Below, one piece after another: positions 24,976 through 35,042 of a stretch of DNA of 62,096 nucleotides; position 1 is the stretch's first letter, and each line of letters opens with the position of its first letter. The notes below the pieces were generated by a model, which was not told the origin of the DNA, did not search any database, and saw only the letters and a program-made list of their open reading frames with translations. A program made the translations under genes and the position numbers. Source of the DNA: Candidatus Nomurabacteria bacterium RIFCSPLOWO2_12_FULL_40_42 (GTDB lineage: Bacteria > Patescibacteriota > Minisyncoccia > Phycocordibacterales > UBA9973); the NCBI GenBank assembly GCA_001786195.1, contig MFVS01000017.1, positions 1-62,096 on the forward strand. The letters run 5' to 3'.

Positions 24976-26160
24976 ATGAACGATCTGACTATCAAACAAG
25001 AGTTCGACAATGTGAAAAAAGAACTCGGTCATGGAGTAAATATTTCTATTATCAATCTGGTCGATCAGCTTATTGAAAAAGCTCACGAACTCCGGGCATC
25101 AGACATCCACATTGATCCCCTGGAGGGGCGGGTGCGGATTCGATTTCGGATCGACGGTGTTCTGCACGACATTTATTCTTTTCCCAAAGAAATAAATCAC
25201 GAAGTTATTTCTCGCATAAAAATTTTAACTAAATTGCGCACCGACGAACATCAAGCGACTCAAGACGGACGATTCCGTTATATTTTCTCTAGCGACAAGA
25301 AATTTATCGATTTCCGAGTCTCAATCATCCCGACTTACCACGGAGAAAATGCCGTTTTGCGATTGCTGACCGACAAAAACGGCGAACATTCTTTAGAGAC
25401 TTTGGGCTTTAGCGAGAGTGACAGAAAAAAAATAGAAAATGCGATCAAGAAAACAAATGGAATGATACTCTCGACTGGCCCGACTGGGAGCGGCAAGACG
25501 ACCACAATGTACACTTTGATTAAAATGCTTAATTCTCCCGGAGTTTCCATCATCACTATCGAGGACCCGATCGAATATGCAGTCAATGAAATCAAGCAGA
25601 TACAAGTCAATCCCCGCCTCGGGCTTACATTCGCCAACGGCCTTCGTTCGATCCTGCGCCAAGATCCGAATATCATTATGGTGGGCGAAATTCGGGACAC
25701 TGAAACCGCGCACATTGCCGTGAACACCGCTTTGACCGGGCATATTCTTCTCTCTACGTTGCACACGAGCGATGCCGCGACTACCCTGCCGCGATTGCTC
25801 GATATGGGTATCCCGGAATATTTGGTAGCGTCCACGGTCTCTATCGCGATCGGGCAGCGGTTGGTGCGAAAAATTTGCAAAGACTGCAAGGAAAAAATAA
25901 AGGTCAAAAATAATTTTACATACAAAGGAAAAGGCTGCGAAGCATGCCATGGAAGCGGTTACTTCGGCCGAATATGCATCAACGAAGTTCTAGTGGCGGA
26001 TAATAAAATCCGTGAAGCTATTTTGCGCCGAGCTTCGGTCGATGAAATAAAAAAAATTGCTATCGGAAATGGCATGACTACAATGATGGAAGATGGTTTA
26101 GGAAAAGTGAGAGATGGAGTCACTACTATTGAAGAAGTTTTAAGGGTCATTCACGAATGA
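24976..26160 (+). CDS. pilB: type IV pilus / T2SS assembly ATPase (GspE/PilB family, short form)
   Basis: Walker A GPTGSGKTTT, Walker B IMVGEIRD, His box GHILLSTLHT, tetra-Cys CKDCKE..CEACHGSG. Confidence 0.9.
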   Translation: MNDLTIKQEFDNVKKELGHGVNISIINLVDQLIEKAHELRASDIHIDPLEGRVRIRFRIDGVLHDIYSFPKEINHEVISRIKILTKLRTDEHQATQDGRFRYIFSSDKKFIDFRVSIIPTYHGENAVLRLLTDKNGEHSLETLGFSESDRKKIENAIKKTNGMILSTGPTGSGKTTTMYTLIKMLNSPGVSIITIEDPIEYAVNEIKQIQVNPRLGLTFANGLRSILRQDPNIIMVGEIRDTETAHIAVNTALTGHILLSTLHTSDAATTLPRLLDMGIPEYLVASTVSIAIGQRLVRKICKDCKEKIKVKNNFTYKGKGCEACHGSGYFGRICINEVLVADNKIREAILRRASVDEIKKIAIGNGMTTMMEDGLGKVRDGVTTIEEVLRVIHE

Positions 26161-27227
26161 AACCAAGAATGAAAATAAGAAAAATAAACAACAAAGATCA
26201 GATGTTTTTTGTAAAAAGATTGTCATTTTTAATTAAAGCCGGCATTCCGATGCGCGAATCTCTTCTGATGATCCGAGAGCAAACCATGAAAGGCGCATAC
26301 GCTTCGATTCTCGATACCGTGATTGATAATGTTTCCAACGGTCAAAATTTGTCGACCAGTCTGGCTCGATTCAAAAATGCTTTTGGAGATTTTGCTATAA
26401 ATATCATTGGTTTTGGGGAGGAGTCGGGAATGTTGTCAGAAAATTTAGAATATATTTCAGATGAACTCGCGAAAAAACAAGCTTTACGGCAAAAAATAAT
26501 CAGCGCCTCCATCTACCCTATTCTAGTCACGATCGCCACCATAACAATCGTGACTTTTTTGATGGTCTATCTATTTCCGAAAATTTTGCCAATATTTAGC
26601 AGTCTCAAATACAGCTTGCCTTTTTCTACCCGAGTGGTTATAGGGATCAGCAATTTTATAAGCAACTTTGGCCTCATCACGTTGGGAGCACTGGTTGTCA
26701 TGGTCATAGCTTTCTTGATTGCTCTCAAAAAGAGCCAGATGTTTCATTTTTATTTTGATCAATTTATTTTAAAGATACCCATCATCGGAAAAATAATTCA
26801 AGATTACAATATCGCCAATTTCACGCGCACTTTTGGGTTGCTGCTAAGAAGCGGCATCACTATCGGCGAGGCTTTGCTTATCTCCGCGAAGACGACCTCA
26901 AACCTGGTTTATAAAAAAGAGTTCAAACTGCTTTCTCATGTGGCGAATCGAGGAGAAAAAATATCTGCCCATTTGGTCAAACGAAGCAAACTTTTTCCGG
27001 ATATCGTAACGCAAATAATTTCGGTCGGAGAGCACAGCGGAAATTTATCGGATTCGCTTATTTATCTTTCCGAAATGTACGAAGCCGAAATATATGATTT
27101 CACCAAAAATCTTTCGAGCATGGTAGAACCAATCCTTATGATTATTATGGGAGTCTTGGTCGGATTTATCGCAATTTCCATTATTACGCCGATCTATGGC
27201 ATCACCCAACATTTGAATGCGAAATAA
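26157..27227 (+). CDS. pilC: type IV pilus platform protein (GspF/PilC family)
   Basis: 356 aa, two GspF-like repeats with 3 TM segments. ATGA overlap with pilB. Confidence 0.9.
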   Translation: MKPRMKIRKINNKDQMFFVKRLSFLIKAGIPMRESLLMIREQTMKGAYASILDTVIDNVSNGQNLSTSLARFKNAFGDFAINIIGFGEESGMLSENLEYISDELAKKQALRQKIISASIYPILVTIATITIVTFLMVYLFPKILPIFSSLKYSLPFSTRVVIGISNFISNFGLITLGALVVMVIAFLIALKKSQMFHFYFDQFILKIPIIGKIIQDYNIANFTRTFGLLLRSGITIGEALLISAKTTSNLVYKKEFKLLSHVANRGEKISAHLVKRSKLFPDIVTQIISVGEHSGNLSDSLIYLSEMYEAEIYDFTKNLSSMVEPILMIIMGVLVGFIAISIITPIYGITQHLNAK

Positions 27228-27669
27228 AGGTTTTACATTAATTGAAATACTGGTGGTCATCGGTATTTTTGCAATCATTGCAGCTTTTGGAATGACTACA
27301 AATTTAAGCGCTTTCACAACTGCCACGATTCAAAGCGAAGAATCCAAAATAGTAAGCGCTCTCGAGCGAGCTCGCAGCCGCGCGATGGCGAATATGTTTA
27401 ATACAGCTCATGGGGTGTGCTACATCGCACCGAATTATGTCATTTTTCGCGAAAAAGATGCCCATTGTGTATTTGGTACGTCAACTAATGAGCTAATTCC
27501 AGCAAACACAAACATAGCTACAGCCTCCAGTTTTCCTTTTACTCCGGTCGTCTTCAATCAACTTTCAGGAAATGTGACTGATGCCGTTATTACTATAAAC
27601 ATGACAGATGGTGTTAAAACATTAGTACCACCTATAAAAATAAACAATGCAGGCGCAATTAATTGGTAA
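27217..27669 (+). CDS. prepilin-type N-terminal cleavage/methylation domain protein (minor pilin)
   Basis: MRNKG|FTLIEILVVIGIFAIIAA class III signal. Confidence 0.85.
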   Translation: MRNKGFTLIEILVVIGIFAIIAAFGMTTNLSAFTTATIQSEESKIVSALERARSRAMANMFNTAHGVCYIAPNYVIFREKDAHCVFGTSTNELIPANTNIATASSFPFTPVVFNQLSGNVTDAVITINMTDGVKTLVPPIKINNAGAINW

Positions 27670-29149
27670 AAATAAAAAAGGCCTGTCCCGAGAGCAGTCG
27701 AGGGGCTTTGCAACTCTGGAAATACTCATCGCTTTTATGATACTGATTTTATGTATCAGCGCTGTGATTATGGTCTCCTTCGGGAATCAATCTGTGGTCG
27801 TAGATTCTCAAATTAGCAATGAGGCGATATCTAAAGCGCAATCTTTGCTTGAAAAAGCCCGCGCGGATTCGCGTTTTGATTTTAATTTAGTTAATCCATT
27901 TACTGACACGGAAACAAGTGGCCCACTGACGTTCAACAAAAAACTTGATGTCAAACAGATTGATTTATTCACCAAAGAATTGACTGCAACCATTTCTTGG
28001 CAGATAGGTGGAAGAAATCTTTCGACAGCCCTGGCTACTTTGTTGACAAACCCAACTGTAGTAAATGGTGGAGATACTTGTAGTTCAGTCTTAGTTGGAG
28101 ATTGGAAGAATCCAAAAATTGAAAATATAATCAGTTTTTCTGGCTTTTCAGGTATTCCAGTAGGAACTTATGCCTTGACCGACATTGATGTTTTTAAAGA
28201 TAAATTATATGTGACTGTAGGCAAAACTAGCGACAAAACCGATCCTACATTTTTCGTATTTGATATACTTGATCCAAGTAATCCTACTCTTTTGGGAAAA
28301 TTAGATAACGATATAGATGTCATAGCTGGGCTTAATTCAGCGGTTGTTTTTGGTAAATACGCTTTTGTAGCAAGCGCAAGTAGTTATTCCAGAGGTCAAA
28401 TGCAAGTTATCGACTTAGACTCGATGTCAGTCAAAACTTTTAAAGTACCAGTACTCGATCCTTTTGGATCTTCAGAAGGATTAGGAAATAGTATTTTTTA
28501 TGATAATAAAACTATCTATCTAGGGTTAACTAAATCAAATAGTGAAAACGAATTCAATATTATTGATGTTTCAGATCCTCTTAATCCTGATTATAAAGCG
28601 GGATATCCAGTTGGTAACGCAATTAACGCCATAGTGGTTCGCGATAAATATGCTTATATTGCTTCACCGAATTCGGAAGAACTCCAAATTTTAAATATAA
28701 ATAATCCCAATGTTCCTACACCCGCTGGTAGATTTGGTGTTGGATCAGGTAATGGTAAGAGTATCTGGCTCATAGGAGATAAAATTTATTTTGGTAGAAC
28801 AACAGATGGTGGCGGAGGTGAAGATTTTCAAATTCTTAATAATGCCAATTCAAATATCACCCTTCCAAAACTGGGTGGCGCTAATATTTCAAGCAGTGTG
28901 AATGGCGTTATAGTCCGAGATTATTTATCTTTTCTTCTTACTGGCACTAAGGGTACGGGATCAAAGCTTCAAATATTCAAAACAGATGATCTGTCAAATA
29001 TAACCTCATGGAATCCAACACCCCTTACCCTTTCTTCAACTGGAAATGTCATTGAACCTTCAATTGATTGTGAAGGTAATCGTCTTTATGTTTCCTCAAA
29101 TGATGCATCAGGTCAAGGATCTATTTATATAATTAAACCTGGTCCATAA
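27647..29149 (+). CDS. pilin-like N-terminus fused to an LVIVD-repeat beta-propeller
   Basis: SRG|FATLEILIAFMIL prepilin-like signal. Repeated (K/D)YAY(I/V)A...L(Q/N)I(I/L)D(V/I)S(D/N)P blocks are typical of LVIVD repeats. Confidence 0.75.
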   Translation: MQAQLIGKNKKGLSREQSRGFATLEILIAFMILILCISAVIMVSFGNQSVVVDSQISNEAISKAQSLLEKARADSRFDFNLVNPFTDTETSGPLTFNKKLDVKQIDLFTKELTATISWQIGGRNLSTALATLLTNPTVVNGGDTCSSVLVGDWKNPKIENIISFSGFSGIPVGTYALTDIDVFKDKLYVTVGKTSDKTDPTFFVFDILDPSNPTLLGKLDNDIDVIAGLNSAVVFGKYAFVASASSYSRGQMQVIDLDSMSVKTFKVPVLDPFGSSEGLGNSIFYDNKTIYLGLTKSNSENEFNIIDVSDPLNPDYKAGYPVGNAINAIVVRDKYAYIASPNSEELQILNINNPNVPTPAGRFGVGSGNGKSIWLIGDKIYFGRTTDGGGGEDFQILNNANSNITLPKLGGANISSSVNGVIVRDYLSFLLTGTKGTGSKLQIFKTDDLSNITSWNPTPLTLSSTGNVIEPSIDCEGNRLYVSSNDASGQGSIYIIKPGP

Positions 29150-29151
29150 TT

Positions 29152-29628
29152 ATGAAAAAAGGTTTCACTCTCATAGAAGTCATAATCTACATCGCCCTTT
29201 TTTCTCTTTTAATGGGAAGCGCTTTTGTGGTGGTCTATCAGTTGATCGAGGGCTCGGATAAATTGAGTGTAAAAAATACCACTCAAGAAGAAGGAAACTT
29301 TGTAATGCGAAAATTCAATTGGGCGCTGACAGGGATTTCAAGCATTGATTCACCTTCTTCAGGAACTTCTAACATTCTTAAAGTAACAAAGTATGGAGGA
29401 AATAAAATTAATATTTGTTTAGATTCTAATAAAATAAAAATTCGGGAAGGTGGTACAACATGTTCGGGAAATAGTACAGAATTATTACCACTTACAACTG
29501 ATAATGTTGTTGTTTCTGATTTAAGTTTTGAATTTATTCCGGCGGTTGGTTCTGGCCCATCAGGCATTAAAGCAACTGTAAAAATCGATGAAATTGATTT
29601 TACTATCACTAAATATCTGCGCAAATGA
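29152..29628 (+). CDS. prepilin-type minor pilin
   Basis: MKKG|FTLIEVIIYIALFSLLMG. Confidence 0.85.
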   Translation: MKKGFTLIEVIIYIALFSLLMGSAFVVVYQLIEGSDKLSVKNTTQEEGNFVMRKFNWALTGISSIDSPSSGTSNILKVTKYGGNKINICLDSNKIKIREGGTTCSGNSTELLPLTTDNVVVSDLSFEFIPAVGSGPSGIKATVKIDEIDFTITKYLRK

Positions 29629-30053
29629 TTTCACTAGAACCTAGAACCTATAAACTAGAAACTAATCGGGGCTTCATGGCCTTGATTTCCGCCATTATTA
29701 TTTCGGCTATTTTATTATTGATAGTGACCAATCAAAGTCTGACCGGTTTTTACGGTCGATCGAATATTTTAGATTCGGAGATGAAAGAAAGAAGTTCTGC
29801 CCTGGCGGAAGCTTGCGCGGATACTGCCCTTCTCAGGCTCGCTGCCAATCCAGCCTACGCAGGCGGGGAAAAAATAATTATTGATTCTGGAGAATGCACC
29901 ATAATATCTATTGATACCAACGGAAGCCATATAAAAACTCAAGGAAAATTTAATAATGCTTATACTAATTTGCGAATTACAATAGATACGGCTGATTTTA
30001 CCGTTCAATCTTGGGAAGAATGTTCCAACTTGACTGCTTCGACCGCTTGCTAA
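29625..30053 (+). CDS. pilin-like protein without Glu+5 (PilX-like)
   Basis: NRG|FMALISAIIISAILLLIV hydrophobic N-terminus. 142 aa. Confidence 0.6.
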   Translation: MISLEPRTYKLETNRGFMALISAIIISAILLLIVTNQSLTGFYGRSNILDSEMKERSSALAEACADTALLRLAANPAYAGGEKIIIDSGECTIISIDTNGSHIKTQGKFNNAYTNLRITIDTADFTVQSWEECSNLTASTAC

Positions 30054-30091
30054 GTCAGGTAGAAAAGAAATTTGTATTTTTAATAAAAAAA

Positions 30092-30100
30092 TGCTATAAT
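30092..30100 (+). promoter_or_regulatory. extended -10 box TGcTATAAT, 6 nt before ATG 30107
   Basis: Consensus TGnTATAAT, with no room for a leader. Confidence 0.5.
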
Positions 30101-30106
30101 TCCTGT

Positions 30107-30340
30107 ATGCTACCTGAAATATTTCGTTCCATATTGTGGTCATATAATTTTGAAAAATGCGACCCGAAGAAAATGAAAAATACGATAATTACAAATGCTG
30201 TGAACTATGGCACATTTTCTCATTGGCGGTGGATACGATCTTTTTATGGCAGTTCTGTGATAGAAGAGCGTCTTCATAAAATGCCATCATCTTTTCGGGA
30301 TTCTGTGTTTCAATTGGCAGAAATATTTTTTTCTAAGTAA
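30107..30340 (+). CDS. small protein usually found upstream of AbiEii-type nucleotidyltransferases (putative antitoxin partner)
   Basis: 77 aa. ILWSYNFEKCDPKKMKNTIITNAVNYGTFSHWRWIRSFYG resembles a motif I recall next to such NTases, but I do not recall a family name. Start moved from 30011. Confidence 0.5.
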   Translation: MLPEIFRSILWSYNFEKCDPKKMKNTIITNAVNYGTFSHWRWIRSFYGSSVIEERLHKMPSSFRDSVFQLAEIFFSK

Positions 30341-30361
30341 ATTTCAAGTAAAATAAATTTT

Positions 30362-31018
30362 ATGCATTACGAAGTACTTGAGGAAAAAACCAGAAAGATT
30401 TTTGAGAAATTTTCTTTTCTGAAAGAAAATTTTTATCTTGCCGGAGGCACAGCTCTTGCTTTGCAGATCGGACATCGCAAATCTATTGACCTGGACTTCT
30501 TTTCCGATGAACCTATCAAGAAAACATTATTAAAAACAATTGAGTCAAAGATAAAAACTGCCGATTCTGTGGTTGTAAATAATAAAAAGGAACTTACTTT
30601 TTATATAGAATCTATAAAAGTTACCTTTTTACACTATCCTTTTAGTCATAAACACTTTTCTGTAAAAAATAATATATTTCCCCTAGCTTCAATTTCTGAA
30701 ATAGCTTCAATGAAGGCATACGCGCTCGGCCGAAGAGCGGCTTTAAAAGATTATGTTGATTTATATTTTATTCTTTCTTTGGGTATGACTACCCTAATGT
30801 CTATTATTGCCGATGCAACTGAAATATATCAAGATGCTTTTAATGACAGATTATTTTGTGAGCAGTTGTTATCCACCGAAGATTCCGACGATGAATCCAT
30901 TATTTGGATTGCCAAAGAAGTGTCCAAAGCCGAAATGAAAATATTCTTCTCTAATCTTATTGCCAAGGAAAAAAATCAAATTCTGGAAATGGAGGACTCG
31001 CGCTTGCATCCAAAATAA
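30362..31018 (+). CDS. AbiEii/AbiGii-like nucleotidyltransferase (type IV TA toxin family)
   Basis: FYLAGGTALALQIGHRKSIDLDFFS matches the GGTAL...R.S.DLDF NTase signature. Confidence 0.7.
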   Translation: MHYEVLEEKTRKIFEKFSFLKENFYLAGGTALALQIGHRKSIDLDFFSDEPIKKTLLKTIESKIKTADSVVVNNKKELTFYIESIKVTFLHYPFSHKHFSVKNNIFPLASISEIASMKAYALGRRAALKDYVDLYFILSLGMTTLMSIIADATEIYQDAFNDRLFCEQLLSTEDSDDESIIWIAKEVSKAEMKIFFSNLIAKEKNQILEMEDSRLHPK

Positions 31019-31062
31019 GTTTGGATTAATATATTAGTATTATTAACTTATAAATTATTTTT

Positions 31063-31635
31063 ATGAGAAAATTAAATTCGTTTTTTAATGGTTTCAGTTC
31101 TAAAAAGAAGGGGTTTACGCTAATTGAAATTCTGGTGGTAATTGGAATCATGGCTGTTTTGGCCACGATTGTCATCATCGCTATCAATCCCGCTAAACAA
31201 TTTGCTCAAGCTCGCAATGCCGACAGAACCGCCGGAGTGGAAGCGATTTTAAATGCGGTTGGCCAAAGATTGGCAGACAATAAAGGAGTTTTTGAAGGTA
31301 AATTTAATGTTGGAGATGATCCCACTACAACTACTACTGTTGAAGGCACAGACTATTTTTGTGGCAAGATTCCTAGTAATACTGCTACCCCTGTTGTATT
31401 TACAAGTATTGATACAAGTAACGAAGTCGTTGGCAATATAGATAAAGAATCAGGGAAATTAGGTTGTTTGGTGCCTACTTATATTTCAGCTTTACCAAAA
31501 GATCCAACATGGGCAATAGGAACTAATACTTTATATACAATAAATAAAAACTCTACGGGTAGGATTTCTGTCTGTGCTCCTTTAGGAGCAGAAGCGGCTG
31601 TTCCAAATTCTGCTGAAATCTGCATCACTCGCTAA
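31063..31635 (+). CDS. type IV pilin (likely major subunit)
   Basis: KKKG|FTLIEILVVIGIMAVLATIVIIAINPAKQFAQARNADR. C-terminal Cys pair. Confidence 0.85.
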   Translation: MRKLNSFFNGFSSKKKGFTLIEILVVIGIMAVLATIVIIAINPAKQFAQARNADRTAGVEAILNAVGQRLADNKGVFEGKFNVGDDPTTTTTVEGTDYFCGKIPSNTATPVVFTSIDTSNEVVGNIDKESGKLGCLVPTYISALPKDPTWAIGTNTLYTINKNSTGRISVCAPLGAEAAVPNSAEICITR

Positions 31636-33334
31636 AATACTCTGGCCTGTTGAGAGACATCCAGTCTAGAAGTCCCCTCACGACGGTCGAGGCGCTCACG
31701 CTGTTGTTCGTTGGGCCCGCTTCCATCATAATCGCAAAAGCGTATTTTGGATTTTCGTACGGGAAGAAACCAATGACCCAGGAATTCACTTTGTTTTTGG
31801 CAATGCCGAGCTGGGCCGTGCCTGTTTTGGCGGCGACTTGTACATACGGCACGTTGAGCGCCACCGCTGTGCCGTAGGTTACGGCTTTCCTCATTCCATC
31901 ATGCACCACATCCAAATATTCTTTTTTTACGGTATTGGGATCCAGCACAGAAAATAGATTTTCCTTTTCCGTATCGTCCAATATAAAATGCGGAGTTAAA
32001 AGTTTGCCGCCGTTTGCGATCGCGGCCACGGCTCGGGCCATCTCGATCGGCGTAACTTGAAACCCGTACTGCCCGATGGCAGTATGATAAGTGTCTCCGA
32101 TGCGCCAAGGGTCTCCCTTGAAATTCAAAGCTTTCCATTCCGGGCTCGGAATTGTTCCTTTGGTTTCATCCGGCAGGTCCACCATGGTTTTATCTCCAAA
32201 ACCGAAAAGCGTTGCATATTTTTCAATATTTGCGATCCCGAGTCCTTTTTGTTCCTCAAATCCCCCGCCGATTTCGTAAAAATAAATGTCCGAAGATACA
32301 GCCAAAGCCTCGGCCATATCTGTCCAGCCATTTACTCTCCAATCTCTGAAAACTGTCTTTTGATCCGGGAAATAAGGGTTCGGAATTGAAATCGAGCCGG
32401 TCGAAAGAATTTTTTTAGTGGGATTGATTACATTTTCCGCCAGAGCGCCTAAAGCAAAAAATGGTTTGACGATTGACCCCGGGGTGTAAAGTCCAGAGAC
32501 AGTTCTATCTAAGAAAAATTTTCTTTTGTCGGTTAAATAACTGTTAATTAAATTTATATCTTTGCCGAGCGATAAAATTTCCGAATCGTATTCCGGAAAA
32601 CTGGTCGAAGCTAGGATCTCTCCATTTCGCGCATCTATGATTATCGCACTCCCGCCGGTAAATCCGTTATTTTCTGATAAATTTTTTATTAAATTAAACA
32701 ATTTAGTTTGGATGCTGGAATCAATACTCGTTAGCAGATCATCTCCTGCTTTTGGAATATTTATAATATTAAATGAATGGATAACTCCCCTAGCGTCCGT
32801 TTCTATTATTTTTGCCCCATTCACTCCCTTGATTTTTTCTTGATATTGTTTTTCTAATCCATCTTTGCCGATAAATTCCGTCTGCCAATAAATTCCTTGC
32901 GTGTCTTTCGCTGGATAGCTTACATAGCCTAGCATATGCGAGAAACCAGGCGAAAGGTAGGCGCGCGTATATGGCACAGGTGTATTCTCCGCTTCTCCTT
33001 TTTTGTTCCAAGCCAGTTCTACTTTATTCCGGTCGTAAATTATGCCTCTTTCTGTAAAGATGTTTATTTTTTGCAAAGTATTATTTTCACTCCTCTCCCG
33101 ATAAGCCTCTCCATTTTGCACCTGGAGGTACGAGAGGCGCGCTCCGAATATCAGAACCACTACCAGGAAAAATGAACCGAGGAAATTAATGGTAGTTCTC
33201 GGGATCGGGGTTTCGATCCGGCCTTCAAACTGCTGGCGGTCGAAGTTCTGCAGGTTTTTGGAATCCAGAAAAATTTCGTCGGTCTCGACGAAAGTACTTC
33301 TTTTTTTATTTCTTTTGAATTTTTTAAAAGTCAT
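31625..33334 (-). CDS. class B penicillin-binding protein (PBP2/FtsI-type transpeptidase)
   Basis: SxxK (GSIVKPF), SxD (SSDIYF), KTG (KTGTAQ). N-terminal TM. Confidence 0.9.
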   Translation of the reverse strand: MTFKKFKRNKKRSTFVETDEIFLDSKNLQNFDRQQFEGRIETPIPRTTINFLGSFFLVVVLIFGARLSYLQVQNGEAYRERSENNTLQKINIFTERGIIYDRNKVELAWNKKGEAENTPVPYTRAYLSPGFSHMLGYVSYPAKDTQGIYWQTEFIGKDGLEKQYQEKIKGVNGAKIIETDARGVIHSFNIINIPKAGDDLLTSIDSSIQTKLFNLIKNLSENNGFTGGSAIIIDARNGEILASTSFPEYDSEILSLGKDINLINSYLTDKRKFFLDRTVSGLYTPGSIVKPFFALGALAENVINPTKKILSTGSISIPNPYFPDQKTVFRDWRVNGWTDMAEALAVSSDIYFYEIGGGFEEQKGLGIANIEKYATLFGFGDKTMVDLPDETKGTIPSPEWKALNFKGDPWRIGDTYHTAIGQYGFQVTPIEMARAVAAIANGGKLLTPHFILDDTEKENLFSVLDPNTVKKEYLDVVHDGMRKAVTYGTAVALNVPYVQVAAKTGTAQLGIAKNKVNSWVIGFFPYENPKYAFAIMMEAGPTNNSVSASTVVRGLLDWMSLNRPEYFSE

Positions 33335-33341
33335 CAGTTTT

Positions 33342-33629
33342 TTATTTGGAATTAAATCTTAATTTCTTTTTGAATAATTCTAAAATTATAAAACAAACAA
33401 GCGCCAAAATAAACGAAACGAAGGTTATATTAAAAAATTTGGCTTCGCTCGCGCCATAAAGCAAGTCTGAAAGCAAAAATAAAATAACCGCTTCCAGAAA
33501 AAAAGGAAAATAAGCCATACCCGCCAAGGCTAAAATGACCGATACCCAAAAAGGCAGAAAAAGGACAGACAAGAGAAGGATAATGGCAGCCAGAATTCGA
33601 TAAAGCAAACCAAGTGAACTTAGGGGCAT
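33342..33629 (-). CDS. small polytopic membrane protein
   Basis: 95 aa, 3 hydrophobic helices. It sits where mreD often lies (upstream of PBP2), but there is no motif support. Confidence 0.5.
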   Translation of the reverse strand: MPLSSLGLLYRILAAIILLLSVLFLPFWVSVILALAGMAYFPFFLEAVILFLLSDLLYGASEAKFFNITFVSFILALVCFIILELFKKKLRFNSK

Positions 33630-33638
33630 CTTTCTATC

Positions 33639-35036
33639 TTACCTCGAAGCGAGTTTTGACGCCAGACCAGTATAATTTTCTGGAGTGATTTTTAATAGTT
33701 CTTTTTTTATTTTTTCGCTTACTTCTAGGGTCTGAATAAACTTATGAATATCAGTAAGCGTGATGTCTTTGCCACGAGAGAGATCTTTTAATTTTTCATA
33801 CGGCATCGTTACTCCCTCGCGACGCAAAATGGTTTGGATCGCTTCAGTGATGACTTCCGGATGATTGTTTAGATCCTTTAGCGCTTTTTCTTTATTTACG
33901 ACAATTCTACCTAATTGATTATTCAAATATTTAAAACCTATTAAACTGTGTCCAAAAGCAACGCCTATATTTCGCAAAACTGTCGAATCGGACAAATCTC
34001 TTTGTAATCTGGAAATCGGCAATTTCCTTGCAAAAAATTCAAACATGGCATTGGCCATTCCCAAGTTTCCTTCGCTGTTTTCTAAAAACCAAGGATTTAT
34101 TTTGTGCGGCATGGTCGAAGAACCCACTTCCCCTTCCACTGGTTTCTGCCCTATCCAGCCATCGGAAATGTAACGCCACATGTCTTGGTTAAATCCTATT
34201 AAAATATTATTTACAAGATTTAAGCTATCAAAAAGCTCTACAAAACTATCATATGGTTCAATTTGGGTCGTATATAGATTTACTTCCAGTTTAACTCCCC
34301 TTAATTTGCTTATTTTAGGAATAAATGTTTTAGAAAAATTAATCCAATCAATTTGAGGATAAGCCGCCGACAGAGCATTGTAATTTCCAGTGGCGCCATT
34401 TAACTTTACGGACAGGACATGACTTTGGATTTTTTTCACTTGCCGTTTTAATCTTTCCTCAAAAATTCTGAATTCCTTGCCGAAAGTTGTGGGCGAGGCG
34501 CTCTGGCCATGAGTGCGAGAAAGCATGGGAATATTTTTATTTTCGTTCGCCAGCTTACTTATTTTATCCTCTAGTTCCTCTAAAGCCGGCAAATAAACAT
34601 CTCGAATGCTCTCCCCCAGCATTAGAGCATAAGCAATATTCGTAGCGTCCCAGGTAGTTAAGCCGAAATGCACGAATTCTAAAACATCTTTCAGTTTCGT
34701 CTCCCCGATTTTTTCTTTGATATAGTATTCAATTGCCTTGAAATCGTGGTTGGTTGCCTTGATATTTTTGTATCCATGAAGCTCGATTTTATTGACCATA
34801 TCAGCTCCGGCTTCATCCAAGTCATACAGACTTCGCAAAATTTTCTTTTCGCTTTCTGTGATTTTTCTTATACTGATTCCTTTAACTTCGGTTAAATTAA
34901 TTAGGTATTCAATTTCAGCAATAATTTTGTATTTAATCGAAGCCGCTTCGCTAAAATATTGCACGAGATCTTTGGTGTATTTTTGGTAGCGCCCGTCTAT
35001 TGGCGAAATTAAATTTAAGCTTGAATTTGATGGCAT
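33639..35036 (-). CDS. purB: adenylosuccinate lyase
   Basis: SPIDGRYQ N-terminus and GSSTMPHKINP signature. Start set to ATG 35036 (the track start 35105 is GTG inside palindrome F1). Confidence 0.95.
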   Translation of the reverse strand: MPSNSSLNLISPIDGRYQKYTKDLVQYFSEAASIKYKIIAEIEYLINLTEVKGISIRKITESEKKILRSLYDLDEAGADMVNKIELHGYKNIKATNHDFKAIEYYIKEKIGETKLKDVLEFVHFGLTTWDATNIAYALMLGESIRDVYLPALEELEDKISKLANENKNIPMLSRTHGQSASPTTFGKEFRIFEERLKRQVKKIQSHVLSVKLNGATGNYNALSAAYPQIDWINFSKTFIPKISKLRGVKLEVNLYTTQIEPYDSFVELFDSLNLVNNILIGFNQDMWRYISDGWIGQKPVEGEVGSSTMPHKINPWFLENSEGNLGMANAMFEFFARKLPISRLQRDLSDSTVLRNIGVAFGHSLIGFKYLNNQLGRIVVNKEKALKDLNNHPEVITEAIQTILRREGVTMPYEKLKDLSRGKDITLTDIHKFIQTLEVSEKIKKELLKITPENYTGLASKLASR

Positions 35037-35042
35037 ATAACA

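Noticed and set aside
25335-25950. Two long minus-strand ORFs (196 and 185 aa) inside pilB.
   Set aside because: The plus strand carries unmistakable PilB/GspE motifs (Walker A/B, His box, tetra-Cys). The antisense frames have Arg/Ser/Pro-rich nonsense composition and no start context.
31751-31764. ATTTTCGTACGGGA inside the PBP2 gene resembles the family D terminus.
   Set aside because: It is a single arm with no partner repeat nearby, and it encodes conserved-looking FFPYENP. Probably coincidence or an old remnant.
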